Translations under genes and position numbers: made by a program
Virus record (IMG/VR): IMGVR_UViG_2878893965_000005
Location: 694 to 64,693 of that record
Strand: one strand, 5' to 3'
Source of the DNA: a virus
Length of the DNA stretch: 64,000 bases
The notes under the pieces: generated by a model
What the model saw: the letters and a program-made list of their open reading frames with translations, nothing else
Databases searched by the model: none
What the model was told of the DNA's origin: nothing
In this document: in pieces, positions 36,809-46,971 of the stretch
How positions within the stretch are numbered: the stretch's first letter is position 1
Layout: each line of letters begins with the position of its first letter

Positions 36809-37261
36809 ATGAGCGAAAAAATTGCCATCGTTTATATCGGTGAAAAAAATGTGAAACGCGACACCATTACCGGAAGCCGCGCCGTGTTCCCGCGTCTTCA
36901 GCCCGTTCATGTGGACAATAAAGTGGCGCACCAGTTGCTGGAGTTCCCTGACGTCTGGGTTCGCCATGAGCAGATGGAGGCAATTCTTCAGCAGCAGGAA
37001 GAAGAAAAACGGCTTAAGGAAGAGGAGCTGGCGCGGCAGCTTGAGGAAGAAGCCCGTATAGCGGCGGAGAACAGCTTTGTCGTCAAAGTTCAGGGGGATG
37101 AACTGGATATCAGCAAATACACCCTGGCACAGCTTTTCACTCTTAACGAGTCAGAAGAACTTGGTCTGAAAAAAGATGCGAAGGAAAGTGCCGGTGATTT
37201 CCGTGTTCGTGTTCGTGACGCGCTGAAAGCAGGGAGCGTACAGGATGGTTTCGCCGAATGA
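36809..37261 (+). CDS. Virion morphogenesis hypothetical protein
   Basis: RBS, synteny. Confidence 0.65.
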   Translation: MSEKIAIVYIGEKNVKRDTITGSRAVFPRLQPVHVDNKVAHQLLEFPDVWVRHEQMEAILQQQEEEKRLKEEELARQLEEEARIAAENSFVVKVQGDELDISKYTLAQLFTLNESEELGLKKDAKESAGDFRVRVRDALKAGSVQDGFAE

Positions 37262-37808
37262 CTTTCTGCCATATGTGAGGCGGAATATCAGCGGGCCGCT
37301 GAATATTATGATGGCCGATGCAGTGTTGCAGGCGGCCATTACTTTCTGCCGTGAGTCGCTGTACTGCCGCCGTATCGTCACCCTGAATCCGGAGGCCGGG
37401 GTGATCTATCCACTGGTGAGTGACGATGCGCCGGTTTCCTGCACACGAATTATTCGCATTGCCACGCCGGAACGGGAGCTATTCGCGGACAGCGACGTTG
37501 ATATTTCCACGGATAAATCCCTGATGTTTACGGTCTCCTGTCATCTGGTTGGTGTGCTGTTTGCCGTGGCCCCCCGGGCAGACGCGAAGACCGTACCGGA
37601 TGAACTGATGGATTATCCGGAGGTGATTGCCGACGGGGCTGCTTCCCTTTTATTCATGCAGGCAGGTAAACCCTGGCAGGACCCGCAGCGGTCAGAGTAT
37701 TTTCGCGAGAAATTCACCGATGGTTATCGCCGGGCATATCGTGATGCACTGGATATCAGCCCGGTTTCTCCCTTCCGTAATCCGGTTCGCAGGCAAAGGT
37801 TCTTCTGA
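37245..37808 (+). CDS. Head-tail adaptor-like protein
   Basis: Synteny; I..GA...L..Q.GKPW motif. Confidence 0.55.
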   Translation: MVSPNDFLPYVRRNISGPLNIMMADAVLQAAITFCRESLYCRRIVTLNPEAGVIYPLVSDDAPVSCTRIIRIATPERELFADSDVDISTDKSLMFTVSCHLVGVLFAVAPRADAKTVPDELMDYPEVIADGAASLLFMQAGKPWQDPQRSEYFREKFTDGYRRAYRDALDISPVSPFRNPVRRQRFF

Positions 37809-38446
37809 TGACAACAGTTGCAGAAATTATCGGACGCGTGAATACGCAGCTCCTGGACACGCTTATGCTTCGCTGGCCGCTGGCGGAGTTGTGCGACTAC
37901 TACAATGACGCTGTTCGCGCCGTCATACTGGCCCGCCCTGATGCCGGGGCCTCGGTTGAGACGCTGAAATGTGTTCCCGGCTCGCGGCAGACGTTACCCG
38001 CCGGAGCACTGCGGCTCATTGATATTATCCGTTTGACGGACGGTAACGCGCTTTTACCCGTTCCGCGTGATGTTCTCGATCATGATTATCCGGACTGGCA
38101 TAGCCTGAGTGGTGTGCCTGAACGTTATGTGTACAGCGAAATGATTCCCCGTATTTTTTACCTTTTCCCGTCGCCGGATGAAAGCGTCAGCATCGATGCT
38201 GTTGTCTGCCGTATTCCTGATGCCATAACGATAACCAGTCTGGAGGACAAAACCGAAATACGAATAGAAGAAGTATATGTGAATCCGCTGGTTGACTGGA
38301 TACTGTTCCGGGCTTTCAGCAAGGATGCGGCCGGAGGTGCAAATTCCGGGCAGGCCATGCAGCATTATCAGGCGTTTGCTGATCAGATGGGGATTAAGCA
38401 GAACACAGACCGCTTTATGGCACAGATGAAGCAGGCTCAGTTTTAG
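37808..38446 (+). CDS. Tail/adaptor protein (DUF6682-like)
   Basis: W...EL.DY.NDA, P..Y.Y, .L.RAF.KD motifs. Confidence 0.6.
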   Translation: MTTVAEIIGRVNTQLLDTLMLRWPLAELCDYYNDAVRAVILARPDAGASVETLKCVPGSRQTLPAGALRLIDIIRLTDGNALLPVPRDVLDHDYPDWHSLSGVPERYVYSEMIPRIFYLFPSPDESVSIDAVVCRIPDAITITSLEDKTEIRIEEVYVNPLVDWILFRAFSKDAAGGANSGQAMQHYQAFADQMGIKQNTDRFMAQMKQAQF

Positions 38447-38457
38447 GGAGGTACAGC

Positions 38458-41079
38458 GTGAGTATTCTGGTTGCAGGTATTCTCAAATCACCCACAGGAC
38501 AGGTCATTGCCGGGGCGCAAATTATGCTGACCGCACTGAGCACCTCACCTGATTTACTGGCGGGCGTCAGCGCTTCGGCGGTCACCAGCGATACCGGGTA
38601 TTACGGCATGAATGTTTTACCTGGTGTCTATTCACTGACCGTTGCCGTGAACGGGAAAAGTCAGGTCTATGGCAGCTTTCGTCTTGATGGCACCGAAACC
38701 ACTGTGACGCTCAATATGGTACTGCGCCGTAACCTGGTCGAAGTCAGTATTCCTGATGAACTTCTGGTGGATTTCCGGCAGATACAGAACAACGTTGCTG
38801 ATGACCTTGAAACCATGCGGCAGCTTGAACTCAGTGCATCGGGCCGCGCGGATAATGCAGCCAGAACAGCCGCAGATGCAAAAGCCAGTGCTGAAGCGGC
38901 GGCGCGTTCTGAGGCTAATGCGGCAGGCAGTGAGAAGAAGGCGGAACAGTTTGCGCAGGAACTACAGATCGCAACCACATCGGCAGCAAGGGACGCGGCA
39001 ACGGCAGCAGGTGCGGCATTATCTGCGTCAGGGGACGCGCTAAAGGCGGGGCAGCAGGCTGCGGCAGCGACAGAATCAGCCAGAAAAGCCTCAGAAGCGG
39101 CGCTCATGGCGAAGACATCAAAAGATGCGGCGTTATTATCTGAGCAGGCTACCAAAGGTTCAGAAGTGATGGCGACAGATGCTGCGCTCAGTGCCGGTAA
39201 CAGCGCCAGAATTGCCACGAAAGCAGCAGGTGTACTGGCAGTCTCCGCGAGAACAGCCGATGAATCAGCAAAGGCAGCAGCAGAAAGCGCGAATACTGCC
39301 GCTTTAAACGCAAAACTGATAGCTGATAATGCAGCGACGTCTACACAAATAAAAAAGGACGTCATTTTTGCCAGGGACGAAGTGGTTGGGCGGCTGGACG
39401 GTTTTGACATACATGTTTGCCAGGCCAGCAGGGAAATAACGGAGACAGCGCAGAAAGCTGCATTTCAGGCAAAGACAGAGGTTAACGCAACAGGGGAAGA
39501 AGTTAAGCAGTCTGTCAGGCTTCTGGGCCAGGAGTATACTGATTCCGCACATAATGAAGCGGTAAGTGCGGGAGTGTCAGCGGACAGCGCTCAGGCTGCC
39601 AGTCAGCAGGCCGCACAGGACCGGACTAATGCCAAAGCTTCAGCAGATTGTGCGAAACAGGAAGCCGCAGGCGCCGCTGCAAGTAAGCAGAGTGCCGCCA
39701 TGTCCGCAATGGCGGCGAGTATATCTGCTACCGCCGCACAAACAGCAGCCAGTGCCGGTAAGTCCTCAGAAACAGCAGCAAAGGTCAGTGAGAACAGGGC
39801 GGTACTGGCGGAAACTCGGGCGGGTACGTCCGCGGATTCAGCATCAGAAGCATCAAAAGCGGCAGGGGTATCGGCAGGAATGGCGAACACGAGTCAGATC
39901 CTGGCAAAATCATCTGAAATGAACGCCGTTGTCAGTGCTTCGGAGTCGCTGGTCAGTAAGGATGCGGCAAAGTCATCGGAAGCAAACGCCTTGGCAAGCG
40001 CGAATGCTGCAAAAGCGTCTGAAACAAACGCTGCCGCCAGTGAATTAAACGCCAGAAAATTAGCGGAAACAGCAACAGGTGCAGCCACAACTGCGACTAC
40101 CTCCGCCACACAGGCGCAGGGCAGTGTAGTTTCAGCATCCGGCAGTGCGACATCTGCACGGAATAATGCAACGAAAGCCGCGCAGGCAGCGACAGAAGCC
40201 ATAGCGGCAAAAGATGTGGTGGTCGTTCAGGTAACAGGCTTTGATGAACATGTAAACCGACAGGTAACGGCTATAACCGCCGCCACCGAAAAATCGAATA
40301 CGGATATTGCGGTGGCGGCGGATATCAACCGCAATAACGCAATACTGGCGATTAACCAGAAGCAGACAGAAGCGACCAGTGCCATTCAGGTGAATGTGGA
40401 TGTGTCAGCATCAAATGCGCAAACAGCGGTATCAAAGGCAATGGAGGCCGCTAACAGTGCGGATAATTCGAAAGCCGACAGTCTGTCTTCCGGTGCTTCT
40501 GCGTCCAGTGCGCGTACTTCAGCACTGAACGCGGCCGCGTCCGCAACGGCAGCGCTGGCATCACAGCTCGCGGCGAAATTATCAGAATCAAGTGCTGGTA
40601 CATCCGCAGCCTCAGCGCAGGAGGCGTTACGTGCCGCCGAACTGATAGCCAAAACGCCAGGCCAATCAGCTTACGATATATGGAAGTTACACCAACCTGT
40701 GGACGCTGACACTTCAGTTGCCGCGTACCTTGCTTTCCAGGAAGGTATTACAGCGGTAAAAACAGACGGTTCGTCCATTGTGGGTGATGGCGTCACCATA
40801 CCGCTTTCTACTGGACCTGCACCACAGTTTAATGAACCTAATAGTTATGTGCTGGGGCGGGTACTGACGCAGTATTTAGTACCGAATAGATTCCCCAATG
40901 TATATGACATGTCGAATGCGCTTATTCCAGGTCAGTATATCCATGCTGCTTATCTTAACTTTCACAGCGGTGCGACAGTAATTACGCGCGATAGTGGTTT
41001 AACCGGAACCTGGCGAGTGATGAGTGCCCTGGGATTTTATCAGGACACCCCCCTGACTTTACTTCGCCGCGAAAGATAA
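38458..41079 (+). CDS. Tail fibre with Stf-like N-terminus and long Ala/Ser-rich shaft
   Basis: I.G.LK.P.G....G.Y..V..G.YS N-terminal domain; about 600 aa Ala-rich heptads. Confidence 0.85.
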   Translation: MSILVAGILKSPTGQVIAGAQIMLTALSTSPDLLAGVSASAVTSDTGYYGMNVLPGVYSLTVAVNGKSQVYGSFRLDGTETTVTLNMVLRRNLVEVSIPDELLVDFRQIQNNVADDLETMRQLELSASGRADNAARTAADAKASAEAAARSEANAAGSEKKAEQFAQELQIATTSAARDAATAAGAALSASGDALKAGQQAAAATESARKASEAALMAKTSKDAALLSEQATKGSEVMATDAALSAGNSARIATKAAGVLAVSARTADESAKAAAESANTAALNAKLIADNAATSTQIKKDVIFARDEVVGRLDGFDIHVCQASREITETAQKAAFQAKTEVNATGEEVKQSVRLLGQEYTDSAHNEAVSAGVSADSAQAASQQAAQDRTNAKASADCAKQEAAGAAASKQSAAMSAMAASISATAAQTAASAGKSSETAAKVSENRAVLAETRAGTSADSASEASKAAGVSAGMANTSQILAKSSEMNAVVSASESLVSKDAAKSSEANALASANAAKASETNAAASELNARKLAETATGAATTATTSATQAQGSVVSASGSATSARNNATKAAQAATEAIAAKDVVVVQVTGFDEHVNRQVTAITAATEKSNTDIAVAADINRNNAILAINQKQTEATSAIQVNVDVSASNAQTAVSKAMEAANSADNSKADSLSSGASASSARTSALNAAASATAALASQLAAKLSESSAGTSAASAQEALRAAELIAKTPGQSAYDIWKLHQPVDADTSVAAYLAFQEGITAVKTDGSSIVGDGVTIPLSTGPAPQFNEPNSYVLGRVLTQYLVPNRFPNVYDMSNALIPGQYIHAAYLNFHSGATVITRDSGLTGTWRVMSALGFYQDTPLTLLRRER

Positions 41080-41090
41080 GGAGAAACTGA

Positions 41091-41690
41091 GTGACAATAC
41101 AGACGGTAATTACTGATGTACGTAACGGGAAATATAGTGAAGATGGTTCCGTTACGGCAGAAGTCAGATTTGATAACGAAACCGCTTCTGACGGGACGCC
41201 TTTATATCTGCCTTATACTGCCGCAGCGCATGACCCGGCCCCCTATGGACGTCAGCTCTACGCTGACCTGAAAGCCGGTAAATACGGCCCCGTTACTCCA
41301 TTTACCGTGACACCAGAAATGGTCACCGCCGCAAAAGCGGCAAAACGCGCCGAAATCAATCATTGGCGCGATGAGCAGGAGAACGGCAGCTACCTGTTCG
41401 AATACGACGGTCATAAATGGGATTACGGCAAGTCCACGCAGGACAGAATGAGTATCTCACTGGCGATGGCAAAACGTGGTGCTCTACCGGCTGGTTTTGC
41501 CTGGACAGACGGCGAAAATAACATCGTTCCGATGGATAACGCCGGACTGATAGCGCTGGCCGCCGCGATTGAGCAGGCGATGTTCGAAAAGGGAGTGCAG
41601 ATAAACCAGCGTCAGTTACAGATGAAAGCGGAAATGGAAGCCTTAACAACGCTGGTTGATATCCGCAACTACCGTGTGGGCTGGTTGTAA
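41091..41690 (+). CDS. Tail fibre assembly / DUF4376-like protein 1
   Basis: K..EI..WRD.QE...F...G..WD, WT...N..VP motifs. Confidence 0.75.
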   Translation: MTIQTVITDVRNGKYSEDGSVTAEVRFDNETASDGTPLYLPYTAAAHDPAPYGRQLYADLKAGKYGPVTPFTVTPEMVTAAKAAKRAEINHWRDEQENGSYLFEYDGHKWDYGKSTQDRMSISLAMAKRGALPAGFAWTDGENNIVPMDNAGLIALAAAIEQAMFEKGVQINQRQLQMKAEMEALTTLVDIRNYRVGWL

Positions 41691-41795
41691 CCGGGGCAAA
41701 AAAACGGGCCTTTTTACAGGCCCCAACACCAAAAGATAATGGAACTCATTTCTATGAATCCCTTTCTTTATTCCACACTCAGTGGATAAAAAACC

Positions 41796-42149
41796 ATGAG
41801 CAGATTCACAACTCCGGCAATTCTCGAAATGCTGGGTCATTATTTATGGCGCGTACACGAGCCGTTCGCGTTTTACCTCAGTGACGATAACAGCGATGTG
41901 ATCGAAGTACCCGCAGGATTTGTCACTGACCTTGCGACCGTTCCGCGTATTTTCTGGATGTTGCTACCGCCAGACGGCAAATACGCCAAAGCCGCCATCA
42001 TTCACGATTACCTGTACGACAACGCGCTGCGTACGAAGAAAGAAGCTGACCTGATATTCCTGGACGGAATGACGGTGCTGGGCGTGCCGAAGTGGAAAAG
42101 GACGGTGATGTATTGGGCGGTGCGTCTGTTTGGCAGGGGGAGCTACTGA
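41796..42149 (+). CDS. DUF1353-family protein
   Basis: VPAGF.TDLA.VPR..W...PP.G.Y..AA..HD.LY. Confidence 0.8.
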   Translation: MSRFTTPAILEMLGHYLWRVHEPFAFYLSDDNSDVIEVPAGFVTDLATVPRIFWMLLPPDGKYAKAAIIHDYLYDNALRTKKEADLIFLDGMTVLGVPKWKRTVMYWAVRLFGRGSY

Positions 42150-42157
42150 GTGTAATG

Positions 42158-42271
42158 TTATTTATTCTTACTTATCTTTTGAATCAATGCAGGAATAATG
42201 TCAAAGCAAATGAAAAGGATGACGAAGACCAGAAAGAACGCCTCAATTGTTGCGAACATGGTATGTGACAT
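42158..42271 (-). CDS. 37-aa membrane peptide
   Basis: GGAGG RBS; MSHTMFATIEAFFLVFVILFICFDIIPALIQKISKNK. Confidence 0.6.
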   Translation of the reverse strand: MSHTMFATIEAFFLVFVILFICFDIIPALIQKISKNK

Positions 42272-42313
42272 AAATCCTCCTGCGTGACTTGCGGCCCTTT
42301 AGTAAAGGGAATA

Positions 42314-42421
42314 CTAACGGCTTCTGTTTTTGCGGAAAAAATCATCAGCGAAAGCCGCAACAACGATGACCAGTGAATAGATAACAATAAACCCGAACAG
42401 TACCATTGCAATTGAACCCAT
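42314..42421 (-). CDS. 35-aa membrane peptide
   Basis: MGSIAMVLFGFIVIYSLVIVVAAFADDFFRKNRSR. Confidence 0.5.
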   Translation of the reverse strand: MGSIAMVLFGFIVIYSLVIVVAAFADDFFRKNRSR

Positions 42422-42925
42422 AATTTCACCGCCAAAAAAAAGGGGTGTCGGATAACAACCCCGAATAATAAAGACCAATAGAACGAAACCATACACGTTT
42501 TTTATTTCACATGCAGTTACTACAAATCAAGCGGGAAAATATGCGGGTATTATGGGGAGGGTGTGACGCCCGACAACGTGAAGAATTACCTGGAACACGT
42601 TGCGTCGTGTATTCGGGCGTCACTACTCACTTATGACAGAATCAGTGGCGAACCGCAAATAAAGACGTCGATTTTCGATTGTACATCAAAAATAACGATC
42701 TATCAGTATAACAATCACGGCAAAAAACAGCAGAAGGGTGATACAACACAATCCGTATGAAGAAATCACGTAGTCAGTTCCATTCAAAAAACAAAAAAAA
42801 AAGGGGCTCGCGTTCAAACCCCCCTGAATTTGCTGGTAATAGTTAACAACACGGCGCCTTATGGTGCTCTGTAGTAGGTAAACAAAGTGCTTCGGGTATT
42901 TTTTCGCGTATGCAGTTAGTGGATG

Positions 42926-43132
42926 TCAATAAGAACATTCATTTCTAATGATCGTGTCGAAAGGGCCTTCTCCCGGTTCTCCGATATTATTGAGCACAAC
43001 TTCAAATGTGCCAACCAGAAACACCACAATACAGACAGCCTGCATAGTAAGCATTAGCCATCTGAATATCCGGAGCGGCAGAATTTCAGCCTGGTATCCC
43101 GACTTTTTAAAAAACTGAGTCTTCTTCAACAT
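42926..43132 (-). CDS. Small membrane protein (start uncertain)
   Basis: One TM helix; followed by hairpin plus long U-tract at about 42787-42830. Confidence 0.45.
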   Translation of the reverse strand: MLKKTQFFKKSGYQAEILPLRIFRWLMLTMQAVCIVVFLVGTFEVVLNNIGEPGEGPFDTIIRNECSY

Positions 43133-43220
43133 AATCAGGTCTGCTGGCAACATCTGCACGTTGAAAAACGAACATCATCAGGGCCGGGATGAGAGTAAGC
43201 ATGAGTATGACAGTCTTCAT
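43107..43220 (-). CDS. 37-aa signal/TM peptide
   Basis: GAGGAG RBS; MKTVILMLTLIPALMMFVFQRADVASRPDYVEEDSVF. Confidence 0.55.
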   Translation of the reverse strand: MKTVILMLTLIPALMMFVFQRADVASRPDYVEEDSVF

Positions 43221-43395
43221 AAACGACACTCCTCAATATGCCCATTTTCGCTGAAAAAAACAGGGGCGGTTCTCAACGCCCCCACAAATATGGCTGCGTC
43301 GTCAGGCATCTCCTGATGCTCTTTTTTTGTGTCGGACTTAACATTTTTTCCACATGCAGCTATCAAAAATCAACCTGTAATTCGGAGTTTTCGAC

Positions 43396-45027
43396 ATGCC
43401 TGCTATTGATATTGTTTCCATGCACGGTGAAATGCCGCGCGTGCTTCCCCATATGTTGCCGGATGGCTATTCCGTACTGGCGAAAAACTGCCATTTCCGG
43501 TTTGGCGTGATTACGCCAGTCAGTGACGATGGTAAAAACGAAGTCACATTTGGCATAAAGCCAGAAACGCTTTTCCTGTACCGACAGAATAAGTGGTTCA
43601 CCTGGAGTGGAATTGTCGATGCTGTACGCAGCCCTGTAGCGCAGGACCCTTACGGACGAGTGTATTATACCGACGGGCAGTACCCAAAAGTGACCAGTGC
43701 GCAGATTGCGACATCGGGTAGCGGGCAGTATCCGGCCAACAGCTACCGGCTTGGCGTACCAGCTCCGGAAAGTGCTGTTACATGTAGTGTATTAAATCCT
43801 CCTCCGGTTGAGGGTACTGAAGAAGACGATGCTAAGGATGATGAAACCCGTTTTTATACTCAGACCTTTGTCACCGCTTATGGCGAAGAGGGACCGCCCG
43901 GACCGCCATCAATGGAAGCGACAGTTAAAAAAGGCGGCTCCGTTGATTTAACCATGCAGCCTCCGCCGCTACAGAATTCGAATATTACCCGGCAGCGTAT
44001 CTATCGTTCTGCTTCTGGTGGCGGTAATGCAGATTTCCTGCTGGTGACCGAGCTGGATGCCGGAGTGCTGTCATTTCACGATGATTTACAGACTGAACAG
44101 CTTGGACCTGTACTTGAGACAGAACATTACGTTATGCCGCCGGACAACATGACTGGCCTTTGCATGATGGCAAACGGTATTGCTGCCGGATTTGCCGGAA
44201 ACGAAGTGATGTTTTCTGAGGCTTTTTTGCCGTATGCCTGGCCTGATTCGTACAGACAGACCACGGCGGAAGATATTGTCGCCATAGCCTCAATCGGAAC
44301 GGCGCTGGTTGTTGCAACTAAGGGCGAGCCTTATTTATTCAGCGGTGTTTCACCGTCAAATATTTCAGGGGCAAAGCTGCCGTTAACGCAGGCGTGTGTC
44401 AGCAGACAAAGCATGGTTGTGATGGATGGTTTTGTACTCTATGCGGGAACAAACGGGCTTGTTTCGGTGAGTGGTGATGGTAACGCGCTTATTGCCACAG
44501 AAAAAATTATCTCGCCGGAACAGTGGCGCGAAATGTTTAACCCGTCATCCATCAAAGCATATCAGTATCGCGGCGAATATGTGGCCCGTTATACGAAAAC
44601 TGATGGCAGTCAGGCAGTCTTTATCTTCAGCCCGCAGGATATGGATATCCGGCATATGAGCACGACGTTCGATACGGCGTATAACGATACAGCAACCGAT
44701 ACATTGTACCTGGTAAAAGGGCTTGAGTTATCTGTATCACAGGGCGCTAACACGCCATTACCGCTGGTCTGGCGCTCAAAAACTTTTATTGCGCAGGAAA
44801 ATACCAGTTTTTCATGCCTTCGAATCAAAGCGCCTTATCCTGAACGAGTCGGGATTTCTGTATTTGCGGACGGACAGCCGGTGATCCAGTTACCCCCTGG
44901 TTCCCTCCGTAATTCCGTGCTGAAACTGCCGCCAGTAACAGGGCGTGAATGGTATCTCGAAGTGTCAGGTTTTGGGCAGATTGAGCGAATTACCCTCAGT
45001 ACATCGATGGCGGAGATGCCAGCATGA
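43396..45027 (+). CDS. Tail nozzle / stabilisation protein
   Basis: 543 aa beta-propeller-like; 933W-like synteny. Confidence 0.65.
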   Translation: MPAIDIVSMHGEMPRVLPHMLPDGYSVLAKNCHFRFGVITPVSDDGKNEVTFGIKPETLFLYRQNKWFTWSGIVDAVRSPVAQDPYGRVYYTDGQYPKVTSAQIATSGSGQYPANSYRLGVPAPESAVTCSVLNPPPVEGTEEDDAKDDETRFYTQTFVTAYGEEGPPGPPSMEATVKKGGSVDLTMQPPPLQNSNITRQRIYRSASGGGNADFLLVTELDAGVLSFHDDLQTEQLGPVLETEHYVMPPDNMTGLCMMANGIAAGFAGNEVMFSEAFLPYAWPDSYRQTTAEDIVAIASIGTALVVATKGEPYLFSGVSPSNISGAKLPLTQACVSRQSMVVMDGFVLYAGTNGLVSVSGDGNALIATEKIISPEQWREMFNPSSIKAYQYRGEYVARYTKTDGSQAVFIFSPQDMDIRHMSTTFDTAYNDTATDTLYLVKGLELSVSQGANTPLPLVWRSKTFIAQENTSFSCLRIKAPYPERVGISVFADGQPVIQLPPGSLRNSVLKLPPVTGREWYLEVSGFGQIERITLSTSMAEMPA

Positions 45028-46511
45028 GTAAAAAACCGTGGCGTGCAGGAAAGGATCTGGCTGCTGTTGTCGAAAATATGGAGATTGGGACCGGCCAGCG
45101 CGGTGACGGGAAAGATGCGTTTGTCACGCAACGCCAGCTTGCAGAACTGAAACTGGCGAAAATGAGCGGAGGCAATGGAGGTATCAGGCTTGCTCCTGGT
45201 CTGGGGCAGGGGATTTTCCCGGATATACCGCCGCCTGAACGTCCCACAAAGCCGGAAGGTTTACAGGTTACGGGTGGTTTTGGCTACGTGCTGCTTGAGT
45301 GGGTTATGCCGAAATATAACGGGCATTCCCTCGCTGAAATCTGGCGGGGTACGGAGGATAACCTTTCTGATGCTGTTCTCGTTGGTACAACACCGGGGCA
45401 GGTTTACAGCGATTCGGTTGATCCGGGCTGGAAAGGATTTTACTGGATACGGTTTGTTAACTCAGCAGGCGTGTCTGGTCCGTATAATTCACCTGATGGA
45501 ACTCCGGCAGAAACGCAGATGGATGTGCAGGCCGTGATTGACCAGATACACGATGAAGCGGCTAAATCCCCGATTGTTGAGGAACTGAAAAAGGAAATTA
45601 GTGATTCAGCAAAAGCCACGAATGAACATATAGAGAAAATCAGTGAAGATGGTGGCAAAGCGTTTCAGGCGATGTGGGCGCAGAAAGCCAGTGCTGACGG
45701 AATAACAGCAGGTATTGGTATCGTTGCCGGGAAAGACGCGGCAGGTAATCCGATTAGCCAGGTGGCGATAGCGGCATCGCAGTTGTTTATTTTCGACCCG
45801 AATAACCCCGGCAATACGGCGTATCCGTTTGCGGTGTCAGGCGGTAAGGTCGTGATCCAGAAAGCGGTGATTTATGACGCGGTGGTTGAAACGCTGTCGG
45901 CGCAATATATCGTGGCTGATGATGTGAAAATTGGCGCAACGCTGACTGCTCCCTATATCAGAAGCGCCACTATCAGTAACGGTAATTTTACGGTTGACTC
46001 AAACGGCAACGTGAATGCCGTGAATGCGAACCTGAACAATGTTACTTCACGTGGGGGGGCTTTTTACGATCTGTATGCGGTCGGCGGCACGATGGGCAAT
46101 GTTCATATTCTGGAGAACTGTCAGATAGACGGTCGCCTGAGTGCTGCTCAGATTGACGGGGATATTGCGAAAACATATGCGCTTAATAGAGGCAGTGTTT
46201 ATATTCCGGCACAGGTAGTGGCAATGAATCTTGTTGTGCTCGCTGCTGAAGTGCAGTCGCACGGCAGACACGGCACAATCAACTGGAATAATGCGGATTT
46301 TTATTTCAATGGAGAATTTCAAGGCCCGGGAACATCGGTCACCATGAGCAACTTTATAGCAGGAAAGTATACTGTTCATGGTGGCGGTGGTTCTTCCTAT
46401 TCCGAAAATCTGGATGGACGACTGATGGTTAAAGTGTACTTTCTGCCAGCAGGCGTACCTATAACAATAAGTTGTAGCAGATTCGCCGTTGTCTGGATGT
46501 CGAAGGCTTGA
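45024..46511 (+). CDS. Tail tip / host-specificity protein (FN3 plus DUF1983-like)
   Basis: P..P.GL.V.GG..L.W, EIW, YYW.R.VN..G..GP; AGIG....A..F....P...PF.V.GG.V.I. Confidence 0.7.
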   Translation: MSKKPWRAGKDLAAVVENMEIGTGQRGDGKDAFVTQRQLAELKLAKMSGGNGGIRLAPGLGQGIFPDIPPPERPTKPEGLQVTGGFGYVLLEWVMPKYNGHSLAEIWRGTEDNLSDAVLVGTTPGQVYSDSVDPGWKGFYWIRFVNSAGVSGPYNSPDGTPAETQMDVQAVIDQIHDEAAKSPIVEELKKEISDSAKATNEHIEKISEDGGKAFQAMWAQKASADGITAGIGIVAGKDAAGNPISQVAIAASQLFIFDPNNPGNTAYPFAVSGGKVVIQKAVIYDAVVETLSAQYIVADDVKIGATLTAPYIRSATISNGNFTVDSNGNVNAVNANLNNVTSRGGAFYDLYAVGGTMGNVHILENCQIDGRLSAAQIDGDIAKTYALNRGSVYIPAQVVAMNLVVLAAEVQSHGRHGTINWNNADFYFNGEFQGPGTSVTMSNFIAGKYTVHGGGGSSYSENLDGRLMVKVYFLPAGVPITISCSRFAVVWMSKA

Positions 46512-46590
46512 TTACCCACATCTGAATCAGTAACACTGGCTGCGGGTGCTTTGGGCTGTCTGCCTGAAGCATTAGTGAATGGCAGGCAAG

Positions 46591-46650
46591 AAAAAGCCCC
46601 GAAGGTAATTAATGTTTATTAACCACCTACGAGGCCTATCCTATGCTTGA
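46591..46650 (-). ncRNA. sok: Sok-like antisense RNA
   Basis: Hairpin ending GGGGCUUUUU antisense to the mok/hok leader. Confidence 0.65.
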
Positions 46651-46701
46651 CAACATGAAGATAGCCTCTTACAGGCCGAAAGGTCAAGGAGAAACGAGGC
46701 T

Positions 46702-46854
46702 ATGAAGCCACAAAAACTGGCGCTGATAGCGCTAATCGTTGTCAGTATCACGCTTCTCGGAGTGTTGTTACTGAATAACAAAACCCTCTGCGACGTTAGC
46801 TTCCGAAGCGGCGGAACGGAGGTTGTGGCTCATATGGCTTACGAATCCAGGTAA
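46702..46854 (+). CDS. hok: Hok/Gef type I toxin (50 aa)
   Basis: MKPQKLALIALIVVSITLLGVLLLNNKTLCDVSFRSGGTEVVAHMAYESR; 5' GGGUGCUUUG pairs with 3' CAAAGCACCC. Confidence 0.9.
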   Translation: MKPQKLALIALIVVSITLLGVLLLNNKTLCDVSFRSGGTEVVAHMAYESR

Positions 46855-46971
46855 GAGCTATGGCGGGGGAGCAATCCTCCGCCACTCTTTATAGTGTTGA
46901 GAATAGCCTCAAAGCACCCTTTTAACCCCGTTGCAGATTTCTGTAGCGGGGTTTTTTATGGGAGAAGATAA

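Noticed and set aside
38750-40650. Ala/Ser-rich repeats in the tail fibre
   Set aside because: Expected for Stf-like fibre shafts.
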